The notes: a model not told the origin generated them from the sequence alone. Positions 20,086-30,296 are shown, counted from the stretch's first letter. The stretch is 64,000 nt of DNA from Bacteroidota bacterium (GCA_023413895.1 JAEZOU010000014.1:8066-72065), one strand, 5' to 3'. A program made the numbers and translations.

Positions 20086-20787
20086 ATGAAAAAGATTTTT
20101 ACAATTTTATCTTTAATGGTTGCAGTTTTCGCTTTGAATGCTCAACAAGCAAGAATCGTTTTAGAAGCTGGTGACGTTTGGGGTGATGGTACTGGCTACC
20201 AAATCCTTATCGATGCTGATTGCAATACTACAGCACAATATGCACAAGGAAACTTATCTTGTGGTCAATCTTATGCTGATTGGGAATACACTATTCCTAC
20301 TAATGCTGCTGCTAATGACGAAGCTGTTTGCGTAAATGCTTTCATGGATATTCTTATCCCTGCTGGTACTTATGACTATCTTGTAACTAACCCAGGATGT
20401 AATTCTTATGGCATTGTTTACGTTGCTTCTAACCAATGTGGCGAAACAAGAGGTGAAAGTGTTACTTTCGAAGCTAACAAAACTTATTACTTCGTTCCTT
20501 CTATGAATGGCCAAAACGACTGCGTTACGATTACTGTAACTGATGGTCTTACTAGCATCGAAGAAAACAGCAACTCTTTCTCAGTTTATCCAAACCCAGC
20601 TAATGACGTACTTAACATCAATGGTGAAAACATCAACACTATTGAAATTATCAACTTAGTAGGTCAAGTTGTTGCTACAACTAACTCTACTTCTGTTAAC
20701 GTTGCTAACTTAGCAAATGGTGCATATTTTGTACGCGTTAACTTCAACAACGGTGAAGTTGCTGCTCAAAAATTCATTAAGAAATAA
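20086..20787 (+). CDS. Small T9SS-secreted protein with a gingipain-adhesin (DUF2436-like) N-terminal domain
   Basis: Signal peptide MKKIFTILSLMVAVFALNAQQ. RIVLEAGDVWGDGTGYQILIDAD resembles, from memory, the DUF2436 motif of gingipain/HagA adhesins. The CTD reads VYPNPANDVLNI...ANGAYFVRVNFNNGEVAAQKFIKK. The ORF-track TTG at 20047 lies inside the promoter box. Confidence 0.65.
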   Translation: MKKIFTILSLMVAVFALNAQQARIVLEAGDVWGDGTGYQILIDADCNTTAQYAQGNLSCGQSYADWEYTIPTNAAANDEAVCVNAFMDILIPAGTYDYLVTNPGCNSYGIVYVASNQCGETRGESVTFEANKTYYFVPSMNGQNDCVTITVTDGLTSIEENSNSFSVYPNPANDVLNINGENINTIEIINLVGQVVATTNSTSVNVANLANGAYFVRVNFNNGEVAAQKFIKK

Positions 20788-20808
20788 TTTGAAGTTTGCA
20801 TAATGGAA

Positions 20809-20836
20809 AAGGCTACTCATTGAGTAGCCTTTTTTT
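20809..20836 (+). terminator. Rho-independent terminator
   Basis: AAGGCTACTC-att-GAGTAGCCTT (10-bp stem) followed by a T run. Confidence 0.8.
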
Positions 20837-20877
20837 GTATTTCAAATACAAACTAATACGTATATATACAAAAAAAA

Positions 20878-21285
20878 TTACAACTCCTCGAAGGCTACTA
20901 TTCTTTCTCGATATAACGGATTGATAGGACGGGAAATTCCTGTTTCTCTATCAAACGAAACCAATACCGAGTTACAAACACTCTTCACCCGATTAGTATC
21001 CGCATTTCTGAGTTGTTGAACCATCTTAATACTTGCATTTCCCAACTCCACTATTCGAGTTTCACATACTAAATTTTCTCCATACATAATCGGCTCCTTA
21101 AAATCTAATCCCACGTGCGCCAAAACAATATCCATCGTCAACCAATCGATCTTTTCGCCAAAAACCGCCTCAAAATAGTGCGCCCGTCCACAATCAAAAT
21201 AGTTACATTGAACTCCATTGTTCACGTGATTAAATGGGTCTAAATCACTCATTCTCATTTGTATAGGAACTTGAAATCGATACAT
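20878..21285 (-). CDS. Acyl-CoA thioesterase, hotdog fold (4HBT/YbgC-like)
   Basis: 135 aa. The motif MSDLDPFNHVNNGVQCNYFD is typical of the 4HBT family. Confidence 0.75.
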   Translation of the reverse strand: MYRFQVPIQMRMSDLDPFNHVNNGVQCNYFDCGRAHYFEAVFGEKIDWLTMDIVLAHVGLDFKEPIMYGENLVCETRIVELGNASIKMVQQLRNADTNRVKSVCNSVLVSFDRETGISRPINPLYRERIVAFEEL

Positions 21286-21310
21286 AATCCTCTTTTTTAA
21301 AATTAGTCAG

Positions 21311-21318
21311 CAAAAATA
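21311..21318 (-). promoter_or_regulatory. -7 box (TAttTTTG on the minus strand) for the thioesterase gene
   Basis: The plus strand reads CAAAAATA. It lies 26 nt upstream of ATG 21285. Confidence 0.45.
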
Positions 21319-21397
21319 GAGAATTTACGACTATACACATCATTATTTTTCACATTTAAAAAATAGAAGAAAAAAGATGGAATTAAAAAAAATTATG

Positions 21398-21405
21398 TAG
21401 ATTTG
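21398..21405 (+). promoter_or_regulatory. -7 box TAgaTTTG for gcvP
   Basis: Exact TAnnTTTG, 51 nt upstream of ATG 21457. Confidence 0.5.
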
Positions 21406-21456
21406 CAAGTTCTATTATAGAAAAGTCAAATACAATATAACTTAATAATAATCAAT

Positions 21457-24306
21457 ATGTTAAGAGACAACTTTACCCATAGACACAATGGTCCTCAAGG
21501 TGAGGATCTTGAAAAGATGTTGAAAACTATCGGCGTTCAAAGTATGGACGAACTGATTGAGAAGACTATTCCACAAGCCATTCGCTTGAATGCTCCTATG
21601 CCACTTCCTGAAGGAATGACTGAAGGAGAATATTTAGCACACGTAAAAGCTTTATTTTCCAAAAATAAAATGTACAAATCATACATCGGTTTAGGTCATT
21701 ATAACACCTATACACCCGCTGTAATTTTGCGTAACATTTTTGAAAATCCAGGTTGGTACACAGCATACACACCTTACCAAGCAGAGATTTCTCAAGGTCG
21801 TATCGAAGCACTTCTCAACTACCAAACCATGATTTGCAGCCTTACAGGAATGCCACTTTCTAACGCATCTCTTCTTGACGAAGGTACTGCTGCTGGTGAA
21901 ATGATGTTGATGTTCTTCCACGCAAGAAGTCGTGAAGCCGTAAAGAACAACGTTAACAAATACTTTGTTTCTGAAGATGTTTTCTCTCATTCATTGGCAG
22001 TTATCAAAACCAATGCTGCACCTCTCGGCATCGAGGTTGTAGTTGGCAAAGCTGACCAAGTAGAACTTGACGGTACTTTCTTCGGAGCAATGGTTCAATA
22101 TCCAAATCAACATGGCGCAATCCATGATTATAGTGCATTTGTTGCTAAAGCTAAAGAACACAACATCTTTGTTGGTGCTGCTGCCGACTTGATGTCATTA
22201 ACATTATTAACTCCTCCAGGCGAATGGGGTGCTGATTGTGTAATGGGTTCTACTCAACGCTTCGGAAACCCAATGGGATTTGGTAGCCCTGCTGCAGGCT
22301 ATTTTGCATGTAAAGAAGAATTTAAACGCCAAATGCCAGGTCGTATCATCGGCGTTTCTGTTGATGCTATGGGTAACCGCGCTGTTCGTATGGCTTTGCA
22401 AACTCGCGAACAACATATCAAACGCGATAAAGCAACCTCTAACATCTGTACTGCAAGTGCACTTACCGCTATTATGGCAGGTTTCTATGGTATGTGGTTT
22501 GGCGCTGATGGCTTAAGAAAAAAAGCTACTCGCATCAACGTGTTGGCTGGCGTTTTAGCAAAAGAAGCTGAAAAATATGGCTACAAACAACACAATGAAT
22601 ATTTCTTCGACACATTATGCTTCGAAGTTCCTGCAGGTGTTACTATCGCAAAAGTAAAAGAAACTGCTTTGGCACACAAAGTAAACTTCTGCTATTGGTG
22701 CGATTCTTGCTTCACCGTTGCCCTCGACGAAACTGTAAACCTTGAAGATGTAAACCTAATCCTTCAAATCTTTGCAGAAGCTGCACAAAAAGAGTTTACT
22801 CCTTACGTTTGCCAAAAATGTGCTACCCCAGCATTAAATATTCCGGAAACACTTAAGAGAAGCAGCGCTTTTATGACGCAAGATATTTTCAATAAATATC
22901 ATTCAGAAACTGAAATGATGCGTTATATGAAACGCCTCGAAATTATGGACCTCTCTTTAAATCGTGCGATGATTCCACTTGGCTCTTGCACAATGAAGTT
23001 GAATGCAGCTGCAGAGATGTTACCACTCAGCTGGCCAGAACTTTGCTCAATTCACCCATTTGCTCCTGCTGACCAAGCAGAAGGCTACCTCGAAATGATT
23101 AAAGAGATGGAACATTGGATGAGCATTATCACTGGCTTTAAAGCGGTTTCTTTCCAACCTAACTCTGGCGCTGCTGGCGAATATGCAGGCTTGACTGTAA
23201 TCCGTAACTATCATATCGCTAACGGAAATGGACATAGAAACATCTGCTTGATTCCTGCTTCCGCACACGGTACCAATCCTGCTTCATCAGTGAAAGCTGG
23301 TAACAAAATCATTGTCGTAAAATCTACCGCTGAAGGCGAAATCGATATTGAAGATTTAAGACAAAAAGCTGAAGAAAACAAAGAAAACCTCTCTTGCATT
23401 ATGGTAACTTACCCTTCTACTCACGGAGTTTTTGAAGAAGGAATTACTGAAATCATCAAGATTATCCACGAAAACGGCGGTTTAGTCTATATGGATGGTG
23501 CAAATATGAATGCTCAAGTTGGCTTGACCTCTCCAGGATTTATGGGCGCAGACGTTTGCCACTTGAACTTACACAAAACCTTTGCAATGCCTCACGGCGG
23601 TGGCGGCCCTGGCGTAGGTGCTATCGGTGTGGCTGAAAAATTAGTTGACTTCTTACCAAATCACGTATTGGTGAACACTGGAGGCGAGAAAGGAAACCAA
23701 GTTTCTACCGCTCCTTATGGTAGCGCATATCTATTGCCTATCACTTACGGATACCTTAAAATGCTCGGCGGAACTGGCTTGACAGAAGCTACTCGATACG
23801 CAATCTTAAACGCAAACTATATCAGAACTCGTTTGGCAAACTCATACAAGATTCTTTACACGGGAACCAACGGAATGTGCGCACACGAAATGATTTTGGA
23901 TTGCAACGAATTTGAAAAAACTGCTAACGTTCAAGTAGGTGATATTGCAAAACGTTTAATGGACTATGGTTTCCACGCACCTACTGTAGCTTTCCCTGTT
24001 CATGGAACTTTGATGGTTGAACCTACCGAAAGCGAACCTCTCAGCGAAATAGATAGACTTTGCGACGCACTTATCGCTATCAGAGAAGAAATTAGAGCAA
24101 TTGAAGAGGGAAAAGCAGACCGCGAAAATAACGTCATCAAAAATGCACCTCATACAATGCAAGTGGTGTGCGCTGACGAATGGAATAAACCATACACTCG
24201 CCAACAAGCAGCATTTCCACTCCCTCATAACGACAAATATTGGCCTACTGTCAGCAAAATCAACGATGCCTTCGGCGATAGAAATTTGGTTTGCTGCTTA
24301 GACTAA
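21457..24306 (+). CDS. gcvP: Glycine dehydrogenase (decarboxylating), glycine cleavage system P protein
   Basis: 949 aa single-chain P protein. TAYTPYQAEISQGRIEALLNYQT, and the PLP-lysine region HLNLHKTFAMPHGGGGPGVG. Confidence 0.95.
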   Translation: MLRDNFTHRHNGPQGEDLEKMLKTIGVQSMDELIEKTIPQAIRLNAPMPLPEGMTEGEYLAHVKALFSKNKMYKSYIGLGHYNTYTPAVILRNIFENPGWYTAYTPYQAEISQGRIEALLNYQTMICSLTGMPLSNASLLDEGTAAGEMMLMFFHARSREAVKNNVNKYFVSEDVFSHSLAVIKTNAAPLGIEVVVGKADQVELDGTFFGAMVQYPNQHGAIHDYSAFVAKAKEHNIFVGAAADLMSLTLLTPPGEWGADCVMGSTQRFGNPMGFGSPAAGYFACKEEFKRQMPGRIIGVSVDAMGNRAVRMALQTREQHIKRDKATSNICTASALTAIMAGFYGMWFGADGLRKKATRINVLAGVLAKEAEKYGYKQHNEYFFDTLCFEVPAGVTIAKVKETALAHKVNFCYWCDSCFTVALDETVNLEDVNLILQIFAEAAQKEFTPYVCQKCATPALNIPETLKRSSAFMTQDIFNKYHSETEMMRYMKRLEIMDLSLNRAMIPLGSCTMKLNAAAEMLPLSWPELCSIHPFAPADQAEGYLEMIKEMEHWMSIITGFKAVSFQPNSGAAGEYAGLTVIRNYHIANGNGHRNICLIPASAHGTNPASSVKAGNKIIVVKSTAEGEIDIEDLRQKAEENKENLSCIMVTYPSTHGVFEEGITEIIKIIHENGGLVYMDGANMNAQVGLTSPGFMGADVCHLNLHKTFAMPHGGGGPGVGAIGVAEKLVDFLPNHVLVNTGGEKGNQVSTAPYGSAYLLPITYGYLKMLGGTGLTEATRYAILNANYIRTRLANSYKILYTGTNGMCAHEMILDCNEFEKTANVQVGDIAKRLMDYGFHAPTVAFPVHGTLMVEPTESEPLSEIDRLCDALIAIREEIRAIEEGKADRENNVIKNAPHTMQVVCADEWNKPYTRQQAAFPLPHNDKYWPTVSKINDAFGDRNLVCCLD

Positions 24307-24330
24307 GCATTCGTTACAATAACTTTAAAA

Positions 24331-24357
24331 AAACTGCCTCAAAAAGGCAGTTTTTTT
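24331..24357 (+). terminator. Rho-independent terminator after gcvP
   Basis: AAACTGCCT-caaaa-AGGCAGTTT followed by TTTTTTT. Confidence 0.8.
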
Positions 24358-24527
24358 ATCTCTATAAATGAATTATAAATTCGTAATTGATAATTGACCC
24401 TAACTATAAATCAATTATTAAAATCATCTCTAAAGATATAAATACTAGATACACAACGCTTTATAATAATTGACATCTAACAACCAATTTGCACTAAAAT
24501 TCCTTTGAAAAGGTTGAAAATTTGATG

Positions 24528-24535
24528 TATTTTTG
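24528..24535 (+). promoter_or_regulatory. -7 box TAttTTTG for sufB
   Basis: Exact TAnnTTTG, 21 nt upstream of ATG 24557. Confidence 0.5.
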
Positions 24536-24556
24536 CACACTTAAATTTTGTGAAAA

Positions 24557-25990
24557 ATGTCAAAGGATATAATCAACGATATTACTGAAAATGAATATAA
24601 ATACGGCTTTGTTTCCGATATTGAAATAGAAGAATTTCCTCGCGGAATTAATGAAGATGTGGTACGACTAATCTCCAAACGAAAAAATGAACCCGAATGG
24701 ATGTTAGAATTTCGCTTAAAAGCCTATAATATTTGGAAAAATATGGAGGAACCTGATTGGGGTCATCTCGATTTTCCAAAACCTAACTACCAAGATATTA
24801 TCTATTTGGCAATTCCTAAAAAGAAAACTGCACAATCGTTAGATGAAGTTGACCCAGAACTAATCGAAACTTTTAATAAATTGGGAATTTCATTAGAGGA
24901 GCAGAAAAATCTAACTGGTGTTGCCGTTGACGCAGTAATGGATTCTGTTTCTGTAAAAACTACATTTTCAGAAACACTTGAAAAACAAGGAATTATATTC
25001 TGTTCTTTCGGTGAGGCAATTCAAAAATATCCCGATTTAGTAAAACAATATATCGGTACAGTAGTTCCTGCTGCTGACAACTTCTACGCAGCCCTGAACT
25101 CTGCCGTTTTTAGCGAAGGTTCCTTCTGCTACATTCCAAAAGGAGTACGCTGTCCAATGGAACTTTCTACCTATTTCCGTATCAATGCAGCAAATAGCGG
25201 CCAGTTTGAACGTACACTTCTCGTTGCCGACGAAGGTGCATACGTTAGCTATATGGAGGGCTGTACTGCTCCCCAACGCGACGAAAATCAACTCCACGCT
25301 GCAGTGGTAGAACTTATCGCAATGAAAGACGCTGAAATCAAATATTCTACCGTCCAAAATTGGTACCCTGGTGACAAAAACGGGAATGGAGGTATATACA
25401 ACTTAGTGACTAAGAGAGGTTTATGTAAGGAAAATGCCAAAATCTCTTGGACTCAAGTAGAAACAGGATCCGCTATCACTTGGAAATACCCTGGTTGTGT
25501 TTTGCAAGGCGACAACTCTGTAGGCGAGTTTTACTCTGTGGCGCTTACCAACAACTACCAACAAGCAGACACCGGTACCAAAATGATTCATATCGGCAAA
25601 AATACTAAAAGCCTTATCGTTTCCAAAGGTATCTCCGCTGGAAAAAGTCAAAACAGCTACCGCGGACTCGTTAAAGTGGCTAAACAAGCTACCAATGCCC
25701 GAAACTTCTCACAATGCGACTCCTTGCTTATGGGAGACCAATGCGGTGCTCACACTTGGCCCTACATCGACTGCAATAACAAAAGTGCTGTTGTAGAACA
25801 CGAAGCTACTACATCGAAAATATCCGACGAACAACTATTCTACTGCCAACAACGCGGCATCGATAAAGAATCTGCTATCAGTTTAATCGTAAATGGTTAC
25901 GCAAAAGATGTTCTTAATAAACTTCCAATGGAGTTTGCCGTCGAAGCTCAACGATTGCTATCCGTAAGTTTAGAAGGTAGTGTTGGTTAA
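24557..25990 (+). CDS. sufB: Fe-S cluster assembly protein SufB
   Basis: 477 aa with typical SufB length and sequence ([48 protein letters not shown]). Confidence 0.93.
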   Translation: MSKDIINDITENEYKYGFVSDIEIEEFPRGINEDVVRLISKRKNEPEWMLEFRLKAYNIWKNMEEPDWGHLDFPKPNYQDIIYLAIPKKKTAQSLDEVDPELIETFNKLGISLEEQKNLTGVAVDAVMDSVSVKTTFSETLEKQGIIFCSFGEAIQKYPDLVKQYIGTVVPAADNFYAALNSAVFSEGSFCYIPKGVRCPMELSTYFRINAANSGQFERTLLVADEGAYVSYMEGCTAPQRDENQLHAAVVELIAMKDAEIKYSTVQNWYPGDKNGNGGIYNLVTKRGLCKENAKISWTQVETGSAITWKYPGCVLQGDNSVGEFYSVALTNNYQQADTGTKMIHIGKNTKSLIVSKGISAGKSQNSYRGLVKVAKQATNARNFSQCDSLLMGDQCGAHTWPYIDCNNKSAVVEHEATTSKISDEQLFYCQQRGIDKESAISLIVNGYAKDVLNKLPMEFAVEAQRLLSVSLEGSVG

Positions 25991-25994
25991 GCCT

Positions 25995-26414
25995 ATGAAA
26001 AAATTGATATTACTATTCACCATTTGTATCTTGTGCTTTACCCTCTCCGCACAAACCATCTACCAAAAAGATAAATGGGGCGAAAAACTATTTTACATAG
26101 AAGGAAATATACTGAAAATCAAGGATAAATGGGGAAAACCAATCTATTATTTCGATGGACAAACAATCCGTATAAAAGATAAATGGGGCGAAGCACTTTA
26201 CTATTTAGATGGAAACGTGCTGAAAATTAAGGATAAATGGGGAACTCCCCTACTCTATTTCGATGGACAAACCATTCGACAGAAAGATAAATGGGGTGAG
26301 GCTCTTTATTATTTAGATGGTAATGTACTGAAAATTAAAGATAAATGGGGCGAACCCATCTACTACTTCGAATATATACCTCATCGCTGGATTTTGGCAC
26401 TTCTTGCATTATAA
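25995..26414 (+). CDS. Small secreted protein made of six 18-aa KDKWG repeats
   Basis: Signal peptide MKKLILLFTICILCFTLSAQ, then repeats of KDKWG-x-x-x-Y/F-Y-x-D/E-G-x-x-L/I-K/R-I. ATG 25995 is preferred over the ORF-track start at 25980, which overlaps sufB. Confidence 0.7.
   Translation: MKKLILLFTICILCFTLSAQTIYQKDKWGEKLFYIEGNILKIKDKWGKPIYYFDGQTIRIKDKWGEALYYLDGNVLKIKDKWGTPLLYFDGQTIRQKDKWGEALYYLDGNVLKIKDKWGEPIYYFEYIPHRWILALLAL
26067..26375 (+). repeat. 54-nt (18-codon) tandem coding repeats with two alternating subtypes (108-nt super-period)
   Basis: Units start at 26067, 26121, 26175, 26229, 26283 and 26337. Units 26175-26228 and 26283-26336 encode the identical peptide KDKWGEALYYLDGNVLKI with 7 synonymous third-position differences. 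Confidence 0.85.
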
Positions 26415-26438
26415 GATCCCCTATTCCAATATTTTATG

Positions 26439-26446
26439 TACCTTTG
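26439..26446 (+). promoter_or_regulatory. -7 box TAccTTTG for the xseB operon
   Basis: Exact TAnnTTTG, 28 nt upstream of ATG 26475. Confidence 0.5.
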
Positions 26447-26474
26447 CAACCCAATTCTATTGAAATAAAAAACT

Positions 26475-26669
26475 ATGAAGGAGAAAAATATCAACTACAC
26501 GCAAGCTTTTGAAGAACTACAATCCATTGTGAAAAAGATGGAAAATGCTGAAATTTCAGTAGATGAACTTTCTGAAATTATCAAAAGGGCTTCTTTTCTC
26601 ATTACTATCTGCAAAAATAAATTGACGCAAACTGAGGAGGAAGTGAATAAAATTATTGACGAATTATAA
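26475..26669 (+). CDS. xseB: Exodeoxyribonuclease VII small subunit
   Basis: 64 aa helical protein. FEELQSIVKKMENAEISVDELSEIIKRASFLITICKNKL fits the XseB pattern. Confidence 0.8.
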   Translation: MKEKNINYTQAFEELQSIVKKMENAEISVDELSEIIKRASFLITICKNKLTQTEEEVNKIIDEL

Positions 26670-26671
26670 AA

Positions 26672-27322
26672 ATGCCACTACTATCATTAATTCCTGAGGA
26701 AATTGAAGAATATTGTGAGTTGCATACAACTCCTGAATCGCAATTATTGAATAGATTGAATCGAGAAACAAACCTCAAAGTATTGAGACCTAGAATGTTG
26801 TCTGGAAAATTACAAGGCACATTCCTTGCTATGATTTCTCGAATGATAAAACCTTCCTCTATCTTGGAAATCGGCACTTACACAGGTTACTCTGCACTAT
26901 GCCTAGCAGAAGGGTTAACACCATCTGGTGAACTCCATACTATAGAAATTGATGAAGAACTAGAAGATATAAGTCGGAAATATTTCAAAGAATCTTCATT
27001 TCATTCTCAAATTCACCTTCATATTGGAGATGCAAATACCATTATTCCGACTCTACCTCATCAGTGGGATTTAGTTTTTATTGATGCAGAAAAAAAAGAT
27101 TATAAAAAATATTTCGATCTTATTTTTCCTAATGTGAAAAATGGAGGTATAATTTTGATTGATAATGTTTTATGGAGTGGAAAGGTAGTGGAAGAAGTTG
27201 CTCATAACGACTACGACACGCAAGCAATTCTTGCTTTTAACGATTATATTCAACAATACGAAGGTGTGATAAATCTAACTTTACCATTCCGTGATGGTAT
27301 CCTAATGGTTGAAAAAATTTAA
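26672..27322 (+). CDS. Class I SAM-dependent O-methyltransferase (caffeoyl-CoA OMT / YrrM-like family)
   Basis: [18 protein letters not shown] (motif I), [12 protein letters not shown] and [13 protein letters not shown] are typical of PF01596-type methyltransferases. Confidence 0.75.
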   Translation: MPLLSLIPEEIEEYCELHTTPESQLLNRLNRETNLKVLRPRMLSGKLQGTFLAMISRMIKPSSILEIGTYTGYSALCLAEGLTPSGELHTIEIDEELEDISRKYFKESSFHSQIHLHIGDANTIIPTLPHQWDLVFIDAEKKDYKKYFDLIFPNVKNGGIILIDNVLWSGKVVEEVAHNDYDTQAILAFNDYIQQYEGVINLTLPFRDGILMVEKI

Positions 27323-27324
27323 TT

Positions 27325-28029
27325 ATGAGAATAGATATCCTGACACTTTTCCCTGAGATGTTTCCAGGTGTTTTTGAACAATCCATCATCAAAAAAGCGG
27401 TGGATCGCAATATTTTATCTCTACACCTTCACAATATTCGAGATTACTCGTTAGACAAACACAAACGTGTTGACGACTACCCTTTTGGAGGCGGTGCAGG
27501 TATGGTGATGAAGATTGAACCTATTGCTCGCTGCATTGAAAAACTAAAATCAGAGCGCAACTATGATGCTGTTCTCTTTATGGCTCCTGATGGAAAAACG
27601 TTCAACCAACAGCACGCCAACAGACTCTCAATGCTCGAAAACTTAATTATTTTGTGCGGACATTACAAAGGAGTAGATGAACGCGTACGAGAACTGTTTG
27701 TTACAGAAGAAATTAGCATTGGTGATTATGTCCTTTCTGGTGGTGAAATCGCAGCAATGACTATTGTTGACGCCATCGCTCGAATTATTCCTGGTGTACT
27801 TAACGATGAAACTTCTGCTCTCACCGACTCTTTCCAAAACGGACTTCTTTCCCCACCCGTTTACACACGACCGGCCGACTACCAAGGACACAAAGTTCCA
27901 GAAATTCTTCTTTCTGGACACGAAAAAATGATCTCCGATTGGCGATTTGAACAGCAACTAAAAAGAACTCAAGCACGACGTCCTGACCTTCTCATAGAAG
28001 ATGAAACTATAGGTAACGAGAAACCATAG
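27325..28029 (+). CDS. trmD: tRNA (guanine37-N1)-methyltransferase
   Basis: [52 protein letters not shown]. Confidence 0.93.
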   Translation: MRIDILTLFPEMFPGVFEQSIIKKAVDRNILSLHLHNIRDYSLDKHKRVDDYPFGGGAGMVMKIEPIARCIEKLKSERNYDAVLFMAPDGKTFNQQHANRLSMLENLIILCGHYKGVDERVRELFVTEEISIGDYVLSGGEIAAMTIVDAIARIIPGVLNDETSALTDSFQNGLLSPPVYTRPADYQGHKVPEILLSGHEKMISDWRFEQQLKRTQARRPDLLIEDETIGNEKP

Positions 28030-28615
28030 GTCCTTCATTAAAGAGAAGATCTAAAACTGACATCTGCTCAACAAATCCAAATTTATCTTGAAAAACTTGC
28101 GAATAGGAAGGTGTAGCAATCGGAGCCTCACGCTTCGGGTGGATGGTTTGCCTTAAATCTATCAAATCTTCTCCCCTTTCAATTGCTTGCAAACGAGAAA
28201 ACTCTATCGGCGTATTAATTTTCAATAACTTCAACAAAACCTTCAAAATATTACTATTGAAGTCAACCAACAATTCTGGCTTATCTTCAAAAAATCCTGA
28301 TATATAATCTTGATAATAAAGAAAATATGGACTGTTATTATAGGCTGCAGTTAGCGCACGCCAATGATTTCTTTGCCACGGCATCTTATAATCTATACGT
28401 ACCTCAGATATAGACGTTGTAAAAGGCGCAACCTTTTTTATGGGTACAATCAACGATAGTGGACCATTAGCCGATAAAATAACAGTCCTACTGCGGTAGG
28501 ACTGTTTTTGATAACATTCATTCAAATCCACTGTAACCTTTTCCGCTTGTGCAATTGCGCTAAAATAACAAACGGGAGGAAAATAAGCGGACGAAAGTAT
28601 TACATGTTTACTCAC
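28007..28615 (-). CDS. WbqC family protein
   Basis: 202 aa. [13 protein letters not shown]...[11 protein letters not shown]...[22 protein letters not shown] matches my memory of WbqC-like proteins. Convergent 23-nt overlap with the trmD 3' end. Confidence 0.65.
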   Translation of the reverse strand: MSKHVILSSAYFPPVCYFSAIAQAEKVTVDLNECYQKQSYRSRTVILSANGPLSLIVPIKKVAPFTTSISEVRIDYKMPWQRNHWRALTAAYNNSPYFLYYQDYISGFFEDKPELLVDFNSNILKVLLKLLKINTPIEFSRLQAIERGEDLIDLRQTIHPKREAPIATPSYSQVFQDKFGFVEQMSVLDLLFNEGPMVSRYL

Positions 28616-28617
28616 AA

Positions 28618-30267
28618 CTATTTATCAATCACCATTTTAGTTCTATACATTTTCCCTTCTACATTCAATTCTACAATATAAACCCCATTGTTAAGGTTTC
28701 CAAAATTGATGGTGTTGTCTCCAGAAATATCAACTCTAGAATTATAAACTCTTTTCCCTAAAAGGTCGTAAACAGAGCAGATTGCATTTTCAGCAAGGAA
28801 ATTACCTTTAATCATTACTTCTCCATTAGATGGATTAGGAACCACATTAAAAGAGTAAATTTGCTCAATATATTCATTAATATCTACTTCTTGATTATAA
28901 AACTTACCATCTATCATTGTAATTCCTGTGTTATCTGGATCTAACCAAGGTTGTAATTTCTTTGCGTCTTGAGAGTTGTTATTATTAGTCCAAGAGTGGG
29001 AAAATTTTCCATAATAGTCGTATCCTGAAGGACCACTTGTGCCTTCTGGTGTTCCAGCCACACAACTACTACTTCCACAACAGAGGGAACCCACAATACG
29101 TTTATCCGCATTAAAGAGAGGAGAACCTGAAGAACCCTGTTCTGTTACCCCTTTGTTAGCCGCTCCTGTGTACCAAGTTGCACCCCAGAATTTATTATAA
29201 CCACCACTTCCGTTAACAACTAATCTTGGAACACTGATTTTTTTGTAATCCCCGCCTGGATGGTGAATTCCAACTCCTTTAGGAGAAAGAGTCGCGCTTC
29301 TATCCCAACCTGCAAAGTAAAGATTGTTTTTGATTACGTCAGTAAGGTTACCTGTAATCTTCAAAAGCATAAAGTCAGAACTTACTGTTCTATTATCGCG
29401 AGCCATTACAGAGCCTCCGATGGCCATACGATTAGCAACTCCTGCCATTCCGTCACACTCGTATGTTTCATAGTTGAAAACAAACTTCCATGTAGCACCA
29501 GATTCAAAACAGTGCTCTGCAGTAAAAACATAAGGTGTATTATCTTGGCGTGCATTGTTAATCATTGCTCCAGAACACATATACGTATATCCACCAGCAG
29601 TTAACTTAATTAATACCACAGATTTAATTTGGTCACGCCAATCATCACCCTCTTCACAAATTGTATTAATATGGCAATCACCTTCAGCACTTCCGTGATA
29701 ACCTTTCAACGCATTTCCTTTGTATGAGTGATCTACAGAACTGATTGCAATTTCTCCGCTAAAATCTACATCTGCAGGCTCATAATACTCCAATATCATC
29801 TCGTCACCTACAATATCTTGCGTATAGAAAGAGCCATCTGGCAATACAGAACGAGAATCGAACATTCCTATAATTTGTTGAAAGTCTGGTGAATAAATAT
29901 AAACCTCTCCACCTTCAGGAATTTCAAATTTGGAAAAATTAAAACTTACAGCCAATGCCCCTTCCGATTTCACACCCACACGCCACAAACGGTCGCCATT
30001 AGGCAAAATATCCCAACGACCTGAATTTTCCATATTAAGATTCACCTCTTGAATAACACCCACACGCAATAAATCTCCCTTCTCTGCTCTCTCTTGATCT
30101 TCCTTTAATAAAGCGGCTTGATCCACTTTTGCAAGTTCTTGAATAGGAACATTAAAAGAGATATTTTTTTGCTTTAAAGAGTAAGGATAACCAGGTGCGC
30201 AATACTGTGCAAAACCTTGTAAAGATAAAAAAATAAAACTAATAAAAAGTAAAGATATCTTTCTCAT
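28618..30267 (-). CDS. Trypsin-fold (S1) serine endopeptidase, lysyl-endopeptidase-like, T9SS cargo
   Basis: Catalytic His (FTAEHC), Asp (DFMLLK) and Ser (GSSGSPLF) motifs. The CTD reads VVPNPSNGEVMI...NNGVYIVELNVEGKMYRTKMVIDK. ATG 30267 is preferred because the TTG at 30291 lies inside the -7 box. Confidence 0.8.
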   Translation of the reverse strand: MRKISLLFISFIFLSLQGFAQYCAPGYPYSLKQKNISFNVPIQELAKVDQAALLKEDQERAEKGDLLRVGVIQEVNLNMENSGRWDILPNGDRLWRVGVKSEGALAVSFNFSKFEIPEGGEVYIYSPDFQQIIGMFDSRSVLPDGSFYTQDIVGDEMILEYYEPADVDFSGEIAISSVDHSYKGNALKGYHGSAEGDCHINTICEEGDDWRDQIKSVVLIKLTAGGYTYMCSGAMINNARQDNTPYVFTAEHCFESGATWKFVFNYETYECDGMAGVANRMAIGGSVMARDNRTVSSDFMLLKITGNLTDVIKNNLYFAGWDRSATLSPKGVGIHHPGGDYKKISVPRLVVNGSGGYNKFWGATWYTGAANKGVTEQGSSGSPLFNADKRIVGSLCCGSSSCVAGTPEGTSGPSGYDYYGKFSHSWTNNNNSQDAKKLQPWLDPDNTGITMIDGKFYNQEVDINEYIEQIYSFNVVPNPSNGEVMIKGNFLAENAICSVYDLLGKRVYNSRVDISGDNTINFGNLNNGVYIVELNVEGKMYRTKMVIDK

Positions 30268-30288
30268 TTTTGTGATTTTTTGAACTCG

Positions 30289-30296
30289 CAAAAGTA
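30289..30296 (-). promoter_or_regulatory. -7 box (TActTTTG on the minus strand) for the S1 peptidase gene
   Basis: The plus strand reads CAAAAGTA. It lies 22 nt upstream of ATG 30267. Confidence 0.5.

Noticed and set aside
21286-21456. Possible glycine riboswitch upstream of gcvP
   Set aside because: The -7 box at 21398 leaves only a ~45-nt, almost pure A/T leader. The conserved GGAGAG...CACCG...GGGGCAA-type cores are absent.
28007-28029. 23-nt convergent overlap of the trmD and wbqC-like 3' ends
   Set aside because: Short convergent overlaps are common in compact genomes. Both ORFs have plausible full-length products, so there is no sign of a frameshift or pseudogene.
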